A DNA stretch of 64,000 bases from Fidelibacterota bacterium (GTDB lineage: Bacteria; Fidelibacterota; Marinisomatia; Marinisomatales; Marinisomataceae): the NCBI GenBank assembly GCA_965212055.1, contig OZ243041.1, positions 480,001 to 544,000 of the forward strand, given 5' to 3'. Every line of letters begins with the position of its first letter. Positions within the stretch are counted from its first letter, which is position 1. Shown in pieces: positions 59,289 through 64,000 of this stretch. The notes beneath the pieces were generated by a model. The model made no database searches, was not told where the DNA came from, and was given only the letters and a program-made list of their open reading frames with translations. The position numbers were made by a program, and so were the translations under genes.

Positions 59289-60812
59289 TAATTATTTTCC
59301 TCTTCCTCAACTGGAGCTTCTTCTGCAACTTCTTCCTCAACTGGAGCTTCTTCTTCGGCTGGAGCTTCTTCTGCAACTTCTTCCTCAACTGGAGCTTCTT
59401 CTGCAACTTCTTCCTCAACTGGAGCTTCTTCTTCGGCTGGAGCTTCTTCTGCAACTTCTTCCTCAACTGGAGCTTCTTCTTCGGCTGGAGCTTCTTCTGC
59501 AACTTGGAGCTTCTTCTGCAACTGGAGCTTCTTCTTCTTCCTCAACTGGAGCTTCTTCAGGTTTATTTAGATCTATAAATTTATCTACTGCAACACTTAT
59601 AGAATTTATTTCATCAACAGATAACTCTAATTCATCAACAAGGACTTTTTTCTTGGCTGACAAATAATCTGCTACTGAAACAATATCAACTCCTGCAAGC
59701 TTCTTAATTACTGCTTTTTTAATACCTTTTAGACTATCTAAGTCAGTTTTCTGATTTAATAATACTTCCTCATATTCTTTCTCAGTGTATGCATCAATAG
59801 TGTATTCGGTCAATTTTGCTGCTAGATTAATATTAACACCACTTCTACCAACTGCACTTTCAAGTTCTCCCTCATTGAAAATAGCAATACAATATTTTCT
59901 ATCATCATCTATGTATAAATCAATTGGTTTTGCTGGAGAGAGTGCTCTTGTAATAAAGATTTCAGATCTTTCAGTAAAATTAACGATATCAATTTTTTCG
60001 TTATTTAATTCTCTAACGATTGCTTGAATACGACTTCCTCTCATTCCAACACAAGCTCCTACCGCATCAATTCTCTTGTCAATAGAATGAACAATAATCT
60101 TACTTCTTTCTCCAGGTTTTCTTGCAATCCCTTTAATTTCAATAATTCCATCTTCAATTTCTGGAACTTCCATTTCAAATAATTTATATAGGAATAAATC
60201 ATCGCTTCTTGAAATAATAATATCTGGTCCTTTAGGCGTTACGTCAACAGACTTAATCAGAGCTCTAATAGTATCCCCTCTTCTAAATCTTTCTGAAAAT
60301 ATTTGTTCAGTACGTGGCATTCGTAGTTCAGTGTGCTCAATATTAACAAAGGTATTCTCTCTATGAACTTGATGGACGGTTCCTATAACAACTTCCCCAA
60401 TTCTTTGGATGTAATCTTCGTATATATATTGTTGTTGTACTTCTCTTGTTCTTTTATTTAAGAATTGTCTAGCATTTGAGATTAATCTTCTACCAAACCT
60501 TGCAGGATCAATTACTTCGACAAAAGTATCTCCAAGCTTTAAATCAGATAATTCTGGTTCAAGCTCTAAGGCTCTCTCAAGAGTAATATCAAAATGATCG
60601 TCATCGACATGATCAACAATTGTTTTTTCAACATAAATTTCTATCTCACCCTTATCAAGATTGACAATAACACTGCAATTCTCTGAATCCCCTGTTTCTT
60701 TATCGATAATAAATAAAAACAAGTCTTCAATTATCGTTCCTAATTCAGAACGTTCAATATTTTTCTCTCGAGCAAGCTCAATAAAAATGTCAATCAAATC
60801 TCTATTTATCAT
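59288..60812 (-). CDS. nusA: Transcription termination factor NusA with acidic repeat tail; apparent frameshift near 59503
   Basis: FGR, EVPEI.DG, AR.PG.R.K, DAVGACVGMRGSRI..IV.EL..EKID; the EEAP tail continues in another frame to TAA overlapping the infB ATG. Confidence 0.95.
59295..59560 (-). repeat. Tandem coding repeats (EEAPVEEEVA / EEAPAE units)
   Basis: Repeated GAAGAAGCTCCAGTTGAGGAAGAAGTTGCA and GAAGAAGCTCCAGCCGAA units. Confidence 0.95.
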
Positions 60813-60837
60813 ATACCATCCTTATTTTTTACTATAA

Positions 60838-60860
60838 CAAAAATGGGCCGTAGCCCACTC
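60838..60860 (-). promoter_or_regulatory. rimP-leader-like hairpin upstream of nusA
   Basis: Minus strand GAGTGGGC-TACG-GCCCATTTTTG, about 25 nt before the nusA ATG. Confidence 0.7.
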
Positions 60861-60908
60861 AAAATACCATTGGAATATATTTATTAAAATTCGTTTAAAC
60901 AAGAAAAC

Positions 60909-61628
60909 TTAGCTGAGCATCCACAGCAATGCTATAACAGCAACTGCTGCTATACCTACCCACGTCCATGTACCAATGCCACTGCCATCAGATGTTGCTT
61001 CTTCTGCACCATGTCCATCTGCCATTGATGATGCCATCCCATATGTATGCTCAAACATTTCTTTATAAGCGTTATTTTCAAGTTCAATAGCGTCTAGGAT
61101 TTCTAGCGCTTCTTCTTTATTGTTATCATTAATCATACGTTTTGCTTTAAGAATAGAGATATAATTTTTCTCGGTTTGAGAAATGGTAGCTTTTTGTGCT
61201 GAATTAAGAAGATGCATTGCTTTTTTGGAATCTGTTTCCATATGTGCTAACATGATATATGCTTCTGTTTTCAGGTTTGGGTACTCAAGATTTTTTACTG
61301 ATTCTTTGAGAAGAGTAGAGGCTTTATCAGTATCATTATTAATAAATGCAATTCTTCCAAGATAAAACTTGGCATGATCGGCTGATTTGGTTCCACTATA
61401 GTCCTCTACTATCATCGATAATTGAAGCTCTGAATTATCAAAATCTCCTCTTTCAAGATGCACTAGTGAATTACTAAGTTGTTCATGTGCTTCTAACTCT
61501 TTTTTATCTACTGATGAAGTCCAGATGACTCCCGAAACAAATCCTACTACAACACTGACTAGAAATATGTTTATAGTTCTTTTATTGTCTTTATAGTAGG
61601 CACTAATTTGTTTTAAATAATTTTCCAT
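60909..61628 (-). CDS. YfgM-like TPR membrane protein with extra C-terminal TM helix
   Basis: N-terminal TM, Y.GT..A..A.FYLG TPR pattern, C-terminal WTWVGIAAVAVIALLWMLS. Confidence 0.75.
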   Translation of the reverse strand: MENYLKQISAYYKDNKRTINIFLVSVVVGFVSGVIWTSSVDKKELEAHEQLSNSLVHLERGDFDNSELQLSMIVEDYSGTKSADHAKFYLGRIAFINNDTDKASTLLKESVKNLEYPNLKTEAYIMLAHMETDSKKAMHLLNSAQKATISQTEKNYISILKAKRMINDNNKEEALEILDAIELENNAYKEMFEHTYGMASSMADGHGAEEATSDGSGIGTWTWVGIAAVAVIALLWMLS

Positions 61629-61633
61629 TATCG

Positions 61634-62706
61634 TTATTTCCAATAATTAAATAATTGATATAGTTTTGGTTTAATTTTAGATGACAATTTACTACTAGAA
61701 ACGGTTTTCGTAACATCTTTTCTTAGTTCTTTTTGTGTCTGTATATCTAATTGTGCAAAATCCTTACAGTCCTCTGAACAACAGCCATTATATGTTGTTT
61801 TACAATTATCACATTGAATAAATAGAATATGACATGCATCGTTTGCACAATTCGTATGTGAATCTGCTTTGTGTCCACATTGATGACACTTTCCAATTAT
61901 ATGGTTAGTGACCTTTTCTCCTAGACGATTATCAAATACAAAATTTTTGCCTATAAATTTTGATGGAAGGTTCTCTTTTTTAATATCATGTGCATATTGA
62001 ACAATTCCACCATCAAGTTGGTATACTTCTTTAAATCCTTGTTTTAGAAGGTAAGAACTCGCTTTCTCACATCGAATACCCCCTGTACAGTATAAATGAA
62101 GTTTTTTATCCTTTTTATCGGCTAATAATTGTGCTACTTCAGGAAGCAATTCTTTTGAACGGTCTACATCTGGTGTAATTGCCCCTTCAAACTTTCCTAC
62201 TTCGCTTTCGTAATAATTACGAATATCTACTACAATAGCATCCTTTTGATCAATAGAGGCGTTAAATTCTTGTGCTGACAAGTGTTTCCCCACTTTATTC
62301 ATATCATAGGTATCTTTTGGTAGATTGTATGCAACAATTTCTTCTTTTACCTTAATAGTCAATTTTAGGAACGATAATCCTTCTTGGACTGCTTTTTTAA
62401 GCTTCATTCCCTTCAAAATAGATGATGTATCGATATAATCCTTAAAACTGTCCCATTTATGGTCAGGAACGCTAATTTGGGCATTAATTCCCTCTTCAGC
62501 GACATATACCCTCCCTAAAATCTTTAAATCGGATAAATCTTGATATAATTGATTTCGTAATCCTTCTGGATTATCAATTGCACAATATCGATAAAAAGAA
62601 CACGTAATACGTTGAAAGATTCTTTATCTAAATCTTTTCTTAACTCAAATTTTGATTCTTTATCTAAATCTTTTCTTAATTCAAATTTTGATTTTTTGTT
62701 AAACAT
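61634..62706 (-). CDS. trhO: Rhodanese-related tRNA uridine(34) hydroxylase TrhO/YceA; frameshift near 62612 and 36-nt N-terminal duplication
   Basis: Frame of the 62416 ORF extends to RITCSFYRY..LGRVYVAEEGINAQISVP; RNYYE..GKF, YCTGGIRCEKAS, L.GGI..Y, GKNFVFD.R; ATG 62706 is in an adjacent frame. Confidence 0.85.
62618..62693 (-). repeat. 36-nt tandem duplication (SKFELRKDLDKE x2)
   Basis: AATCAAAATTTGA(A/G)TTAAGAAAAGATTTAGATAAAG twice, one synonymous difference. Confidence 0.95.
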
Positions 62707-62746
62707 GATTGGATTTTAATAGAAAAAGGATTGGTTATCAATCATT

Positions 62747-63706
62747 TTAAAGAACACTTTTAACATCGTGTAATTTGTTAGTATTCCCTTTATATAGCGC
62801 ATATTGGAATCCTTTCTGGATAGATGCATACCCAATACTTCCATCTTTTCCTAATGCAATATATCCAACTTGTAACTTGGTTTTACCGCCTTCTTGTTTA
62901 ATAATACGATCAACTGCTTCCTTACAAGCTTCCATGGCAGAATACCCGTGGCGCATTAATTCTACTACTAAAAAACTACCACATGTTTTAATTACCAATT
63001 CTCCAACACCAGTTGCACCTGCAACCCCTACTTCATTATCAACATACATTCCTGCACCAATAATTGGGCTATCTCCTACACGTCCATGTAATTTATAAGC
63101 TAAGCCGCTTGTCGTACATGCGCCTGATAAATTGCCTTCATTATCTTGTGCTAATGAAGTAATGGTATCATGATCATCATTTGGTCCCCACGAATCTTTA
63201 ATATTGTTGTTTTTCTTCCATTCTAACCATCCTTTTTTTGATTTTTCAGTTAGAAGGTTTTCTTTTTTGAATCCATTTTCTAATGCAAACTTCAAGGCAC
63301 CTTTGCCTGCTAACATTACATGATCTGTTTTTTCCATTACTTTTCTTGCAACAGAAATTGGATGTTTAATATTTTGTAAAAACGCAACAGCGCCTGCATT
63401 CCCATCCGAATCCATGATACATGCATCTAAAGTAACATTTCCTTCTCGATCAGGTCTTCCGCCTAATCCAACAGATTGATTCTCAGCATCTGCTTCGGTC
63501 ACTTGGACACCTGCTTCTACTGCATCTAATGCCGAACCATTCTTTTTTAATATTTTCATTGATACTTCATTGGCCGGCATTCCATGAGACCATGTTGAGA
63601 TTACAATAGGGTTATTCTTATTTACTTTCATATTCTTATTCCCCGCTAAAAGAATAGGGCTTGCTAATCCAGCTGCTCCTACTTTGATAAAATTTCTTCT
63701 TTTCAT
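62747..63706 (-). CDS. N(4)-(beta-N-acetylglucosaminyl)-L-asparaginase (glycosylasparaginase), Tat-exported
   Basis: MKRRNFIK Tat signal; SVG.GG.PD..G.VTLDACIMD, HDT autocleavage site, TTSG.A.K..GRVGDSPIIGAG, ATG.GE. Confidence 0.93.
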   Translation of the reverse strand: MKRRNFIKVGAAGLASPILLAGNKNMKVNKNNPIVISTWSHGMPANEVSMKILKKNGSALDAVEAGVQVTEADAENQSVGLGGRPDREGNVTLDACIMDSDGNAGAVAFLQNIKHPISVARKVMEKTDHVMLAGKGALKFALENGFKKENLLTEKSKKGWLEWKKNNNIKDSWGPNDDHDTITSLAQDNEGNLSGACTTSGLAYKLHGRVGDSPIIGAGMYVDNEVGVAGATGVGELVIKTCGSFLVVELMRHGYSAMEACKEAVDRIIKQEGGKTKLQVGYIALGKDGSIGYASIQKGFQYALYKGNTNKLHDVKSVL

Positions 63707-63722
63707 AACATCATAATTTAGG

Positions 63723-63762
63723 AAAAAAAAGAGCCTACCAACTATACAATTGATAGGCTCTC
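63723..63762 (-). terminator. Intrinsic terminator
   Basis: Minus strand AGAGCCTA...TAGGCTCTTTTTTTT after the 63789 stop. Confidence 0.8.
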
Positions 63763-63788
63763 TATAATCAAAATAAGATTAATTTAAA

Positions 63789-64000
63789 TTAATCCATTGT
63801 TGTACTTAATTCTGGTCTAAATCTCCAGGTTTCACTCCAAATCCAACTCCATCCACCTCTGACTTTGGAATCTAGATCTGAATCTTCATCATACATTTTT
63901 TGAAGTGTTTCTCCAAATTCTGCTTGATGTGGACCTAACATCTCAGACATAGTCATGTGAGGTGTTGAATATGAATACACTGAAACATTTCCTCCTAATG
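63789..64000 (-). CDS. Hypothetical protein, C-terminal part (5'-truncated by window)
   Basis: Frame open to window end; ends SETWRFRPELSTTMD, followed by a terminator. Confidence 0.65.
   Translation of the reverse strand, partial: LGGNVSVYSYSTPHMTMSEMLGPHQAEFGETLQKMYDEDSDLDSKVRGGWSWIWSETWRFRPELSTTMD

Noticed and set aside
59495..59515. Programmed ribosomal frameshift in nusA
   Set aside because: No slippery heptamer; the break lies inside a tandem repeat where consensus errors are expected
59177..59667. ORFs reading LELLLQ, KKLQ or FFLNWS repeats; possible CRISPR array
   Set aside because: They are alternate frames and antisense of the NusA acidic repeat. Units are contiguous with no unique spacers and no cas genes are present. 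The same applies to 5247-5435

Overview
AT-rich, densely packed bacterial chromosome window. Its gene families (a T9SS-like FlgD/Por tail, DUF6029/Omp28, choice-of-anchor B, TonB receptors) and acidic repeat tails suggest a marine FCB-group organism, possibly Marinimicrobia; that assignment is inference. Most of the window is housekeeping: gltX, thrS-infC-rpmI-rplT-pheS-pheT-zapA-folD, leuS, nusA-infB-rbfA-truB-ribF-rpsO-pnp-ald, tadA, trhO and five tRNAs. These are interleaved with envelope, peptide-degradation and lipid-modifying genes. I found no IS element, integrase, prophage or CRISPR array. The best leads are: (1) a TlpA / DUF6029 barrel / Omp28 operon in which each mature protein carries one Cys pair, a candidate trans-outer-membrane thiol relay; (2) a ~95-aa insertion in the PheT B5 domain; (3) tRNA genes ending 2-3 nt before gltX and tadA, including tRNA-Arg(ACG) next to its own deaminase; (4) a candidate promoter-plus-hairpin sRNA; (5) a rimP-leader hairpin retained where rimP is absent; (6) paired operator palindromes at a TonB-receptor promoter; (7) several uncalled small membrane ORFs. 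Frameshifts and tandem duplications in nusA, trhO, a YwaF gene and a DUF4295-like gene are most simply consensus/assembly errors. All family names come from motif recognition, not database searches.
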